Below, one piece after another: positions 9,828 through 19,268 of a stretch of DNA of 64,000 nucleotides. This DNA is from Bacillota bacterium (lineage in GTDB: Bacteria > Bacillota > Clostridia > Lachnospirales > Lachnospiraceae), in contig JAEZOB010000038.1 of the NCBI GenBank assembly GCA_023414355.1, positions 5,022 through 69,021 of the forward strand, read 5' to 3'. The first letter of the stretch is position 1; every line of letters begins with the position of its first letter. Below the pieces are notes generated by a model. It did not search any database and was not told where the DNA came from. It worked only from the letters and a program-made list of their open reading frames with translations. A program made the translations under genes and the position numbers.

Positions 9828-10979
9828 TTATTCAACAGATACATATGCACCGTTCTGAATTACAACTGCTCTCGGAGCCTTATTCACTTCACCGGTTGCA
9901 GACCAGGTCATACCGGCACCGGTCAGACCATCCACTGTAATCTGAGTCATAGCACCCTTAAGAGCATCACCCATATCGGATATGCTCATATCAGCCTTTA
10001 CTCCGCCCTTTTCAATTGCTGCCTTAATGATATAGATTGCATCATAAGCATCTGCTGCAAATTGGTTGGGAGTTTCACCGTATTTCTCTTTGTATGCAGC
10101 AACAAACTTAGCGGTAGCATCATCAGTTGCATCTGCTGCGAAAGGTGTTAATAACATAACGCCTTCTGCTAAAGCTGTGTCAAAGTTTTCTACACCAAGA
10201 ATACCGTCAAGACCGTCACAACCGAAGAAAATCGGATCATATCCAAGAGAAGCTGCCTGAGTTAAAATCAGAGTTGCTTCTGTATAATAGATCGGAAGGA
10301 ATACAAGTTCTGCACCGGCATCTTTTGCTTTCTGAATCTGTACGGAGAAATCAGATTTGCTGTCAGAGGTGAAAGCTTCAGCAGCTACGATTTCAAAATT
10401 CTGATTTCCAGCTTCCTGTGCAAACTTCTCGTAAATACCGGAAGAATAAACATCAGAGCTGTCATAAATAACTGCTACTTTGGTTGCAAGTCCCTTACTG
10501 CCAATATACTGGGCAGATGCAATACCCTGATTAGGATCGGTAAAGCAAACCTGGAATACGTTTCCGTTTGTAATAACATCTACGGAAGATGCGGAAGGAG
10601 TTAATTCAAACATATTATCATTAAAGGTCTCAGCTGCTACAGCCTTACAGGGAGTAGATGTAACTGTTCCCATAAGAATCTGCATACCCCAATCCTTTAA
10701 GGTATTATATGCATTGACAGACTTCTCAGCATCATGCTCATCATCTTCAAATTTAAAAGCGATCTGCTTGCCGCTAATACCACCGGCTTTGTTGATCTCA
10801 TCAACAGCTAATTCAGCTGCATTTTTAACACTCTGTCCATATACAGCTGCGCCACCGGTAACAGGACCGATTCCACCGATATAGAACTTGTCACTCTTAG
10901 CCGACCCACAAGCGGTCAAGCTAGCAACAGCCACACTTGCTACTAAAAGCAGGCTAATTACTTTCTTCATCTTTCTCAT
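9828..10979 (-). CDS. livK: Branched-chain amino acid ABC substrate-binding lipoprotein
   Basis: Lipobox LTAC; LivJ/K-type motifs GPVTG..A.YG, EINKAGG and DAYDA; first gene of the liv cluster. Confidence 0.85.
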   Translation of the reverse strand: MRKMKKVISLLLVASVAVASLTACGSAKSDKFYIGGIGPVTGGAAVYGQSVKNAAELAVDEINKAGGISGKQIAFKFEDDEHDAEKSVNAYNTLKDWGMQILMGTVTSTPCKAVAAETFNDNMFELTPSASSVDVITNGNVFQVCFTDPNQGIASAQYIGSKGLATKVAVIYDSSDVYSSGIYEKFAQEAGNQNFEIVAAEAFTSDSKSDFSVQIQKAKDAGAELVFLPIYYTEATLILTQAASLGYDPIFFGCDGLDGILGVENFDTALAEGVMLLTPFAADATDDATAKFVAAYKEKYGETPNQFAADAYDAIYIIKAAIEKGGVKADMSISDMGDALKGAMTQITVDGLTGAGMTWSATGEVNKAPRAVVIQNGAYVSVE

Positions 10980-11088
10980 AAATTACCTCCCGTTAATTTG
11001 GATCCTCAGATCCTTTAATACAATAAGGCGTCCAGCGATAACAGAGACAAATGTCTGTCATGTACGAACGCCTTTATTCATGGTATCA

Positions 11089-11117
11089 ATAATAACCTCT
11101 AGAAAATGATTTGTCAA
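11089..11117 (-). promoter_or_regulatory. sigmaA promoter of the liv operon
   Basis: Minus strand reads TTGACA-N17-TATTAT. Confidence 0.75.
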
Positions 11118-11125
11118 TATAATCT

Positions 11126-11164
11126 TTTAGCGCGCTAAAGTCCAATTTCATTAGCGCGCTAAAG
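11126..11164. promoter_or_regulatory. Tandem palindromes TTAGCGCGCTAA upstream of the liv -35 element
   Basis: TTTAGCGCGCTAAAG at 11126-11140 and TTAGCGCGCTAAAG at 11151-11164. Confidence 0.6.
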
Positions 11165-11204
11165 TATGATAATTCCTTATTTTATAAGTATTTTTCTGTT
11201 ATTT

Positions 11205-11504
11205 TTATGAAAGCTCTCCACCACATTTGTCACAAAATTCCAGACCCTCCAGAGTGATTCCTCCGCAATCAGGGCAGATAATTTTGGCGGGCAGGATTTC
11301 TCTCTCCACAACCTCATATTCTGCATCCGGATCCTCTTCTCTCTCATCCTCCGAAGAGTTTGAGTCGTCATCCACCTTCTCATCCTCAAGCTCAGGATCC
11401 TCATCTTCAAGTTCCTTCGGATGATGCATTTCCTTGAGGACTTCTTTCAGGCTTTCCTCTTTTCCGTGAATGAGTTTCTCAATCAAAGACATAAATCTCC
11501 TCAT
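11205..11504 (-). CDS. Small acidic protein with a C-terminal zinc ribbon
   Basis: D/E-rich middle region followed by CPDCG...CDKCG; directly downstream of clpX; SD GAGGAG precedes the likely ATG near 11492. Confidence 0.7.
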   Translation of the reverse strand: MRRFMSLIEKLIHGKEESLKEVLKEMHHPKELEDEDPELEDEKVDDDSNSSEDEREEDPDAEYEVVEREILPAKIICPDCGGITLEGLEFCDKCGGELS

Positions 11505-11529
11505 TTCTGCGTTTTTATACCGCTAAAGT

Positions 11530-12975
11530 TTAATTACCTGTTGCCAGAAGCTTCTGTTTGCCGACACCTCTCATTTCAATCACCGGTACTCCCTTACCTT
11601 CGATATAATCTCTGGTAATCATTACTCTTCCGATATTCTCATCCTTAGGAATCTCATACATGATATCCAGCATAATATCCTCCAGGATGGCACGCAGCGC
11701 CCTGGCTCCGGTCTTCTTCTCCATCGCCTTTTCCGCAATTGCCTCCAGCGCATCCGGTGCAAATGTAAGATCCACCTCATCCATGGCCAACAGCTTCTGA
11801 TACTGCTTTAATATCGCATTCTTGGGCTCCCTTAATACCTGGATCAGCATATCCTTGGTTAAACCTTCCAGAGAGAACAGAATTGGAAGTCTACCGAGGA
11901 ACTCCGGTATCATACCGTATTCTCTCATATCATCTAAGTTCACCTTCTGGAGAAGGTTAGGTTCCTCATCGTATTTATCCTTCAAATCAGCCTGAAAGCC
12001 CATCGAGGACTGCTTATTCAGTCTGGCCTTAATAATCTTATCCAAATCCGGAAATGCTCCACCACAGATAAAAAGAATATTCTGTGTATTCACGGTGGTC
12101 AGCGGAACCATAGCATTCTTGGAGGAAGCACCGACCGGCACCTCAACATTGCTTCCCTCCAAAAGCTTTAACAGTCCTTGCTGTACAGATTCACCACTGA
12201 CATCTCGGCTGTTCGTATTGCGCTTCTTCGCTATCTTATCTATCTCGTCGATAAATACAATACCGCGCTCTGCCTTCTCTACGTCGTTACCTGCTGCCTG
12301 AAGAAGCTTTGAGATAACGCTCTCCACATCATCACCGATATAACCGGCCTCCGTTAGGGAAGTTGCATCTGTGATTGCCAGCGGAACATTCAAGAGTCTT
12401 GCCAGAGTTTTCACCAGATAGGTCTTTCCGCTTCCGGTTGGTCCGATCATCAGCATATTGGATTTCTCGATTTCAACATCAGGCTCCGTCTGATTCCCAA
12501 TTCTCTTGTAATGGTTATATACTCCTACCGAGATTACCTTCTTGGCACGCTCCTGGCCGATGATGAATTCATCCAGTTTTGCTTTTATGATATGAGGTGA
12601 AGGTATGTTTCTCCGGTCAAATTTCTCCTGCTCCTGTTTTTCTTCTTCCGTCTTTTTCTTCTTCAGCTTCTGTGCGTTCGGAATATCAGTGGGTATTCCG
12701 GACAGGTTCAACATACTCGGATTAATTCCCATCATTTGGAGATACGGATTATCCGGTTTGTTGATGGTATCAAAGGTCTTCTGCATACAGTCCGCACAGA
12801 TACAAATCTGATTGGGAATATGAATCATCTTTCCCACCTTGCTTTCAGGGCGTCTGCAAAGATAGCAGATCTCTTCATAATCTTCGTGGTCCTTCTGTTC
12901 CTCATTCTTCTTGTCGATATTCTCGTTATCCATGAGATTATCTATATTATTGTCATCAAACATATTATTGTTCAT
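11530..12975 (-). CDS. clpX: ATP-dependent Clp protease ATPase subunit ClpX
   Basis: N-terminal C4 zinc finger, GPTGSGKT, EAGYIGDDVE, IDEIDK, RDVSGESVQQ and GARALR motifs; ATG at 12975 follows GGAGG. Confidence 0.92.
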   Translation of the reverse strand: MNNNMFDDNNIDNLMDNENIDKKNEEQKDHEDYEEICYLCRRPESKVGKMIHIPNQICICADCMQKTFDTINKPDNPYLQMMGINPSMLNLSGIPTDIPNAQKLKKKKTEEEKQEQEKFDRRNIPSPHIIKAKLDEFIIGQERAKKVISVGVYNHYKRIGNQTEPDVEIEKSNMLMIGPTGSGKTYLVKTLARLLNVPLAITDATSLTEAGYIGDDVESVISKLLQAAGNDVEKAERGIVFIDEIDKIAKKRNTNSRDVSGESVQQGLLKLLEGSNVEVPVGASSKNAMVPLTTVNTQNILFICGGAFPDLDKIIKARLNKQSSMGFQADLKDKYDEEPNLLQKVNLDDMREYGMIPEFLGRLPILFSLEGLTKDMLIQVLREPKNAILKQYQKLLAMDEVDLTFAPDALEAIAEKAMEKKTGARALRAILEDIMLDIMYEIPKDENIGRVMITRDYIEGKGVPVIEMRGVGKQKLLATGN

Positions 12976-13161
12976 TCTTTTCCTCCAATCCGCCGCCATA
13001 CGGCGGCACTATCACAAGTGAAAATGATTTATCTTTCACTCTTTTCCTCCGCTTGATCAGATGCCGACGGCTTCTACATCGGCAGATTATATAGTAAATG
13101 CTGCTGCCTTTATACCGGCATCAGCGACCGCATCCGGGGTTATGTAACAGTATGATTCATT

Positions 13162-13190
13162 ATTATAGCCTATCCTCTCCTGTCACACAA
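13162..13190 (-). promoter_or_regulatory. Candidate sigmaA promoter for clpX
   Basis: Minus strand reads TTGTGT-N17-TATAAT. Confidence 0.45.
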
Positions 13191-13390
13191 TACTTGTTTC
13201 TTTAAGCTTTTATTAATATTCGATAAAAATTGATCTCCTTTTCTACAGTCTGTCCGATTGAATTCTGTCAATTGATCACTCCATCTTTCGGAGAGAAGCC
13301 TTTACCTATTATAATAGGAAGAAGTAGGAAAATGTTTTGCATTAAAAAACATTTTCCGAAATATGAACCACTAAATTTCTTCCCAAAATA

Positions 13391-13427
13391 TTAGCCGGCT
13401 CTGAGCAATCATGCCAGTGCCGGCTAA
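13391..13427 (-). terminator. Hairpin downstream of htrA
   Basis: TTAGCCGGC...GCCGGCTAA inverted repeat just after the htrA stop. Confidence 0.55.
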
Positions 13428-13441
13428 AGAAAAGCTGTGTT

Positions 13442-15085
13442 TTATTTTTTTTCTTCAGAAGCCTTTAGGTTCGGATTCTGTCCAAGTTTCACCTTAACCG
13501 TGCTCTCCTTGTATTCTCCTGAGGATTTGCGCATATAGGTAACTGTAACCTCTGTTCCTACACGTTTACTGGTAACATAATCCCTGAGCTGGGAGATGGA
13601 AGTAACCTCGACCTTATCCACCTTTGTGATGATATCATTTGCCAATAAGCCAGCCCTCTCGGCAGCACCACCCTCGGCAACTTCGCTGATGAATACACCA
13701 ATGGGCATATTATAGAACTTCGCCACGTCCTCAGTGACATCCGTTCCGCCAATTCCCAAGTAACCCTGATCCTTCTCCGCAAGGATTTCGCGAGTCATAA
13801 GTTCATTAATAATTGAGGTGGCTTTGGAAATCGGTATTGCATAGCCGATACCCTCAACCTCTGTTGAAGCATACTTCACTGTATTGATACCGATTACTTC
13901 TCCGTTTGAATTGAGTAGAGCACCACCACTGTTCCCAGGGTTGATTGCCGCATCTGTCTGAAGAAGAACCATGGTCTTACTTCCGTTATAAGCATCGGAT
14001 ACCTCAACCTCACGGTCCTTCGCACTGATGTAACCGACCGTGACTGACTGTCCGTAGCCCAGAGCATTTCCGATGGCGACTGCTATTTCGCCAACCTTGA
14101 CCTGGTCAGAATTACCAAGTTTTGCAAGGGAGATTTTATCCAGAGTTGACTGCTTGATTGTGGAGAGATCAATCGATATGACAGCCAGATCTGCGGTAGC
14201 ATCCGTACCCTTAATCACTGCCTCTGCCTGCTCTCCGTCGATAAAGGTAACCTTTATTTTATTCGCACCTTCCACCACATGATTATTGGTTGCGATTAAG
14301 AGCTCTTTTTCCGTCTTGTTTACGATAAAGCCGGAACCGCTGCCTTCCATCTCCTGGCTATATTCCTGACCAAACCAATCCGAGGTCTGCGTTACAGTGC
14401 AGTTTATGGATACGATGGATGGCATTGTCTTATCTAGGATACCGCTGATCTCTGAACGATCCTTTGTCGTAACTGTTCCCTGAGAGGTATAACCGATCTG
14501 ATATGCAGTATCGGAAGCTGCATTGTCTGCAATTTCACTGAGAATAGCCGGAGAATTCGGATTTATCACTCTGACCAGCTGCTGGACACCCACAAAAGCA
14601 AGAGCTGCTATCGCACCGAAGCACAAAGCCTTTCCAATCAATTTCATTACTCTGCCGCCCGCACTGCTTTCCTTCTTTTTCTTTGCTTTTTGTGTTGTGG
14701 TCTGATAGACATTGCTTCCTCCATAACCGAAAGCCCCCTGTCCCTGAGTATAATTCCCGTAAGGATTATTGTTCATGTTAGAATATTGATGATTAGGACC
14801 TCCATAATTTGGGGTATTATAATAATATTGATTATTCTGATAAGGATTGCCATAATCCCTCTGAGGATTTTGACCATTGTTGTTATTGGGCATTTGTTCA
14901 GCCCAGAAGCTGTATTCCGGAATTTTATTATAAGGATTCTGATTAATGTTAGGCTGATTCATGTTTTGCTGATTATTCGAATTATTACTGGTATAACTAT
15001 TGTTGTTATTATAGTTACTATTGTTATTCATGTTTAAAGCATCATTATTTTCCTGGTTTCGATTGTTGTTATCAAACTCTGCCAT
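13442..15085 (-). CDS. htrA: HtrA/DegP-family serine protease with a PDZ domain and an N/Q/Y-rich N-terminal extension
   Basis: GSGSG, TNNHV, DLAV and QTDAAINPGNSGGAL motifs, one TM helix and a C-terminal PDZ domain. Confidence 0.9.
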   Translation of the reverse strand: MAEFDNNNRNQENNDALNMNNNSNYNNNNSYTSNNSNNQQNMNQPNINQNPYNKIPEYSFWAEQMPNNNNGQNPQRDYGNPYQNNQYYYNTPNYGGPNHQYSNMNNNPYGNYTQGQGAFGYGGSNVYQTTTQKAKKKKESSAGGRVMKLIGKALCFGAIAALAFVGVQQLVRVINPNSPAILSEIADNAASDTAYQIGYTSQGTVTTKDRSEISGILDKTMPSIVSINCTVTQTSDWFGQEYSQEMEGSGSGFIVNKTEKELLIATNNHVVEGANKIKVTFIDGEQAEAVIKGTDATADLAVISIDLSTIKQSTLDKISLAKLGNSDQVKVGEIAVAIGNALGYGQSVTVGYISAKDREVEVSDAYNGSKTMVLLQTDAAINPGNSGGALLNSNGEVIGINTVKYASTEVEGIGYAIPISKATSIINELMTREILAEKDQGYLGIGGTDVTEDVAKFYNMPIGVFISEVAEGGAAERAGLLANDIITKVDKVEVTSISQLRDYVTSKRVGTEVTVTYMRKSSGEYKESTVKVKLGQNPNLKASEEKK

Positions 15086-15477
15086 ATGAATTCTCCTTTC
15101 AACAGAAATAGTGATTCTTGATCAAATTTTATGTGGTTAGTCCGACAAAAGATCCGGCTGATATAATCAACCGGATAGCTTGCATAAGAAAGTCTCTGGA
15201 AAGACGCCTTTCCGAGGACTTTCTTATGTAAGCTTATCATGTCACCTTCGGTGTCATGACCTTTTGTCCTCTTAAAACTCTATTATATAGTTTATCAGCA
15301 CATTGTGTACAGTTTGTGAAAAAACTGCGAAATAATCTTTAAATTGTCAGCGCTTTGTAAAACATTCTTAAGAAAAATTTTGTTGTTGAAATCTGCACAA
15401 TCATGTATTATAGTAGAGAAGTTAATCAAAAGTAAACGTGACTATTCATAGTAAAATTATATAAAGTAGGTGTCGAT

Positions 15478-16899
15478 ATGATTAAAGATAATCAAAAAAT
15501 GTTTAACAGAGTTCATGTTCTTATGGATGCCTGTATTATCGTTATTGCTTACCTTCTAACCTATTATCTTCGATTTTATAGTCCTTTGACCTATCTTTCC
15601 AGGTTTCGGGTAGAACCGCGGACCTTCTATCCCCTCGGGATCTATGCTCAAAGCCTGATATTTTTAGTGCCTTTATACTTATTTATATATTATTTTGCTC
15701 ATCTTTATACTCCTAAGAGAGGAAAACGAAGATGGATCGAGATCTTTAATATCGTCCTCGCCAATACCTTCGGTATCGCATTCTTCTTCTCCTACCTGTA
15801 TATTACGAAAGAATTTAATATTTCACGATATTTTCTTGGTTTATTCTATTGCCTGAATATCCTTCTCAGCATTGTAGCAAGAATGTCTCTTGCACAAGCC
15901 TTAAGAGTTGCAAGGCGTAAGGGATATAATCTGAAGCATGTACTTATGGTGGGCTACGGACACGCAGCCGAGGCGTATATAGACAGGATCTTTGCCAATC
16001 CTCAGTGGGGCTATTACATTCATGGAATTCTGGATGATAACATTGAAGTCGGAACCATGTATAAGAAGGTTCCTGTCATTGGAAGCATTTCCCACCTGGA
16101 ATCCTTCTTGTCAAAGATGACGCTGGACGAAATTGCAATCACCTTAAGCGTCAATGAATATGAAAAGCTGGAGGACATCGTAGCCATCTGTGAAAAGTCC
16201 GGTGTCCACACCAAATTTGTCCCTGACTACTATAGCTTCATTCCGACTACACCTTATACCGAAGATTTATTCGGACTTCCGGTAATTAATATAAGAAATG
16301 TCCCCCTCAGTAATACCTACAACCGTATCGTCAAAAGGCTTGTGGATATCGCAGGTGCAAGCTTTGCATTACTGCTTTTCTCAATACCGATGCTGCTCGT
16401 TGCTGCGATTATTAAGATTACCTCACCCGGCCCGGTCATTTTCACCCAGGTCCGGATCGGCAAGCACAACAAACAGTTTAAGATGTATAAATTCCGTTCC
16501 ATGGAAATCCAGCGTGACCATGATGAAAAGAAAGCCTGGACAACCAAAAATGATCCCCGTGTTACCGGAATAGGTAAATTCATCCGCAAAACCAGCATTG
16601 ATGAATTCCCTCAGTTCTTCAATGTGCTGAAGGGAGACATGAGTCTGGTCGGGCCAAGACCGGAACGACCATTTTTCGTGGACAAGTTCAAGGAGGAAAT
16701 TCCCCGCTACATGATTAAGCACCAAGTATCTCCGGGTCTCACCGGTTGGGCGCAGATTAACGGTTACCGCGGAGACACCTCAATTCGCAAGCGAATCGAC
16801 CACGACCTCTACTATATTGAAAATTGGACCTTAGGGCTTGATTTTAAAATTATGTTTTTAACAATATTCAAAGGTTTCATTAATAAGAATGCATATTAA
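15478..16899 (+). CDS. Undecaprenyl-phosphate glucose phosphotransferase (WcaJ/CpsE-type priming PGT)
   Basis: N-terminal TM helices and KRLVD, KFRSM, DPRVT, DEFPQ, GDMSLVGPRPE and PGLTGWAQ motifs. Confidence 0.88.
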   Translation: MIKDNQKMFNRVHVLMDACIIVIAYLLTYYLRFYSPLTYLSRFRVEPRTFYPLGIYAQSLIFLVPLYLFIYYFAHLYTPKRGKRRWIEIFNIVLANTFGIAFFFSYLYITKEFNISRYFLGLFYCLNILLSIVARMSLAQALRVARRKGYNLKHVLMVGYGHAAEAYIDRIFANPQWGYYIHGILDDNIEVGTMYKKVPVIGSISHLESFLSKMTLDEIAITLSVNEYEKLEDIVAICEKSGVHTKFVPDYYSFIPTTPYTEDLFGLPVINIRNVPLSNTYNRIVKRLVDIAGASFALLLFSIPMLLVAAIIKITSPGPVIFTQVRIGKHNKQFKMYKFRSMEIQRDHDEKKAWTTKNDPRVTGIGKFIRKTSIDEFPQFFNVLKGDMSLVGPRPERPFFVDKFKEEIPRYMIKHQVSPGLTGWAQINGYRGDTSIRKRIDHDLYYIENWTLGLDFKIMFLTIFKGFINKNAY

Positions 16900-16946
16900 G
16901 CTTATTGATCTGATAAACCGGAAAGGCAAGGTAAAAAGACAAAACA

Positions 16947-17963
16947 ATGGCACAAGAAGAAAAGAAAAAGAAGAAAAGTAAACTAGTGATCATTCTGGTC
17001 GTAGAAATTTTAATTATACTGCTTATTTTCATAGGTGTTTTCATAAACGACAAAATGACCAAAATCCAGTTCAACAACAGTGATGATGCAAGCATACAGA
17101 CAAATGCTGAGGTAGAACTGAAGGGCTATCGTAATATCGCATTATTTGGTGTTGATTCAAGAGAAAATGCTCTGGAGAAAAGCACCCACAGCGATACCAT
17201 CATCGTAGCAAGCATCAATAACAAGACAAAGGATGTAAAGCTTGCCTCCATCTACCGTGATACCTATGTTAATATTCCCGGTGAGGAATACACTAAAATC
17301 AACGCGGCATACTTCAAGGGCGGTTATTCACTGGCACTCAGCACCATCAACACCAACTTTGATTTGGATGTCAAAGAATTCATCACCGTTAATTTTGATT
17401 CTATCGTAAAATCAATCGATATGCTCGGCGGTATCGAACTGGATATTACCAATAGCGAATTGAAATACTTAAACGGTTATGTAAGATCCTTAAATAAAAT
17501 CAACGGAACCAATGTTCCAGGCCTCAAATCAGCCGGAACCCAGCTGGTCAACGGTACACAGGCAACCGCTTATGCAAGAATTCGATATACCAAGGGCGGT
17601 GATTTCAAACGTGCAGAACGTCAAAGAATCGTGGTTACCAAGATGTTTGAGAAAATCAAGAAAGCCGACCTGGCTACCACCAACAAAATCATTGATGAAA
17701 TGCTTCCTCAGGTATATACAAACCTGTCCACAGGCGATATCCTTTCTCTGGCAAAGGATGTGCTCTCCTATAACATCGTGGACAATACCGGTTTCCCGTT
17801 TGAAAAGGATGCACATACATATAAAAAGGTATCCTATGTATTCCCGATTGATTTGTCAGCGAATGTAACAAAGCTGCATGAATTCCTGTTCAATGAGACC
17901 GGTTATGTACCCAGCACTAAGGTTCAGGAGTATTCCTCCTATATCGAAGGAATCAGACAGTAG
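16947..17963 (+). CDS. LCP (LytR-CpsA-Psr) family glycopolymer transferase
   Basis: Single N-terminal TM; GVDSR, SDTI, SIYRD, KINAAY, YARIR and DFKRAERQR motifs. Confidence 0.9.
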   Translation: MAQEEKKKKKSKLVIILVVEILIILLIFIGVFINDKMTKIQFNNSDDASIQTNAEVELKGYRNIALFGVDSRENALEKSTHSDTIIVASINNKTKDVKLASIYRDTYVNIPGEEYTKINAAYFKGGYSLALSTINTNFDLDVKEFITVNFDSIVKSIDMLGGIELDITNSELKYLNGYVRSLNKINGTNVPGLKSAGTQLVNGTQATAYARIRYTKGGDFKRAERQRIVVTKMFEKIKKADLATTNKIIDEMLPQVYTNLSTGDILSLAKDVLSYNIVDNTGFPFEKDAHTYKKVSYVFPIDLSANVTKLHEFLFNETGYVPSTKVQEYSSYIEGIRQ

Positions 17964-18028
17964 TAAAATATAAGTCGTATAAAATAATTACATTCATATA
18001 TTCAAAGGACTTAAGCGCCTGCGAATCT

Positions 18029-18058
18029 AAAACGTCCGGTTATTTACCGGACGTTTTT
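18029..18058. terminator. Bidirectional intrinsic terminator between the convergent LCP and tag genes
   Basis: AAAACGTCCGGT-TATTT-ACCGGACGTTTTT. Confidence 0.8.
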
Positions 18059-18119
18059 ATTATTCTATTTCAACTAATTTCTAAATCATAATGCAAATCA
18101 TATGCTCGTACCGTTAATC

Positions 18120-19268
18120 CTACTTTTGCTTCAAAAGCTCCAGAAGACGTTCTGTCGCATTGCCGTCTGTGTATAAATAATGATTATTAATAAATTCCTC
18201 CACCTTACTCTGCTGAAACCCTTGATCTCTGATGATGTCCAGCACCTCCCTGCAGCTATGCGCTACGGGACCCGGTACGAAGGTCTCATAATCATAATAA
18301 AAACCTCTGCCCTGATCCGAAAATTCTTCATAATCATAAGCATAGAATATCATCGGACGCTTCATCAGACAATATTCGAAAATAATGGATGAATAATCCG
18401 TAATCAGGATATCTGCCGCCATCAATACCGTATTGACATCCTGTTCAAAAGACAGCTGACAAATATTCTTGCCCAACTGCCGCTTTTCGAAGGAATGGGC
18501 GACATGAGGATGAAGGCGCAGGCCAAGACAGTATTCCTCCGGCAGGTTCTGGTTCATTTCCTCCAGGAGCTCTATCAGCCTGGGATTCTGTTCTTTATTA
18601 TCCCGAAAGGTGGGCGCATACAATATTAGCTTCTTATCTTCAGGTATCCCATATTTTTGATAGATATATTTCTTGTAGGGATTCTTTTTACAGATCTTTA
18701 TCTCACTTAACCTTCTGAAGAATTCATCACTTTTTGGAAGACCAATGGCATAGACATTCTCTTCCTTGACTCCAAAGGCTCCTGAATATAAGCTCTTCAT
18801 ATCAGGTGAATTCACGATCAGGTGGGTAATATTTGAATTTGCTCTTTTCTCCAGGTTTTTCAATTTCCCTGTATTAGTATCCTGTCCAAATTTCTTAATG
18901 GTGCCTGTTCCGTGCCAGAGTTGTACTACCTTAGTTCCTCTTCTTTTGTGTAGGTAGGCATAGGGCAAAAAAACATTATCCATCAATATAATTTCTGCTT
19001 TTGCCAGCTCATAGGCTTTACGAAAGAAGAAATTGAGGAGGCATTTCAAATTCGAAAAACTTTCCACTGCCCTGATATCACTTTGCGTCAGAAAGGAAAA
19101 ACTATAATTCAAATCCGCCTTTTGCATCGCCCGAAAGACGATACTGACATTACTGCCTACTCCCTCGTCATGGGTCATGATGCAGAAAACTCTCTTCTCC
19201 TTGATAGGTACCAGCCTGCAGATCTGATAGATCAATGCAAACAAGTAATACCCGATCGTCTTTTTCAT
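18120..19268 (-). CDS. CDP-glycerol glycerophosphotransferase family protein (TagB-like)
   Basis: QLWHG, GLPKSD, LYAPTFRD, LHP and ITDYSS motifs. Confidence 0.85.
   Translation of the reverse strand: MKKTIGYYLFALIYQICRLVPIKEKRVFCIMTHDEGVGSNVSIVFRAMQKADLNYSFSFLTQSDIRAVESFSNLKCLLNFFFRKAYELAKAEIILMDNVFLPYAYLHKRRGTKVVQLWHGTGTIKKFGQDTNTGKLKNLEKRANSNITHLIVNSPDMKSLYSGAFGVKEENVYAIGLPKSDEFFRRLSEIKICKKNPYKKYIYQKYGIPEDKKLILYAPTFRDNKEQNPRLIELLEEMNQNLPEEYCLGLRLHPHVAHSFEKRQLGKNICQLSFEQDVNTVLMAADILITDYSSIIFEYCLMKRPMIFYAYDYEEFSDQGRGFYYDYETFVPGPVAHSCREVLDIIRDQGFQQSKVEEFINNHYLYTDGNATERLLELLKQK

Noticed and set aside
13327..13357. 12-bp inverted repeat GGAAAATGTTTT/AAAACATTTTCC
   Set aside because: It is most simply a second terminator-like hairpin downstream of htrA; nothing else supports an operator.
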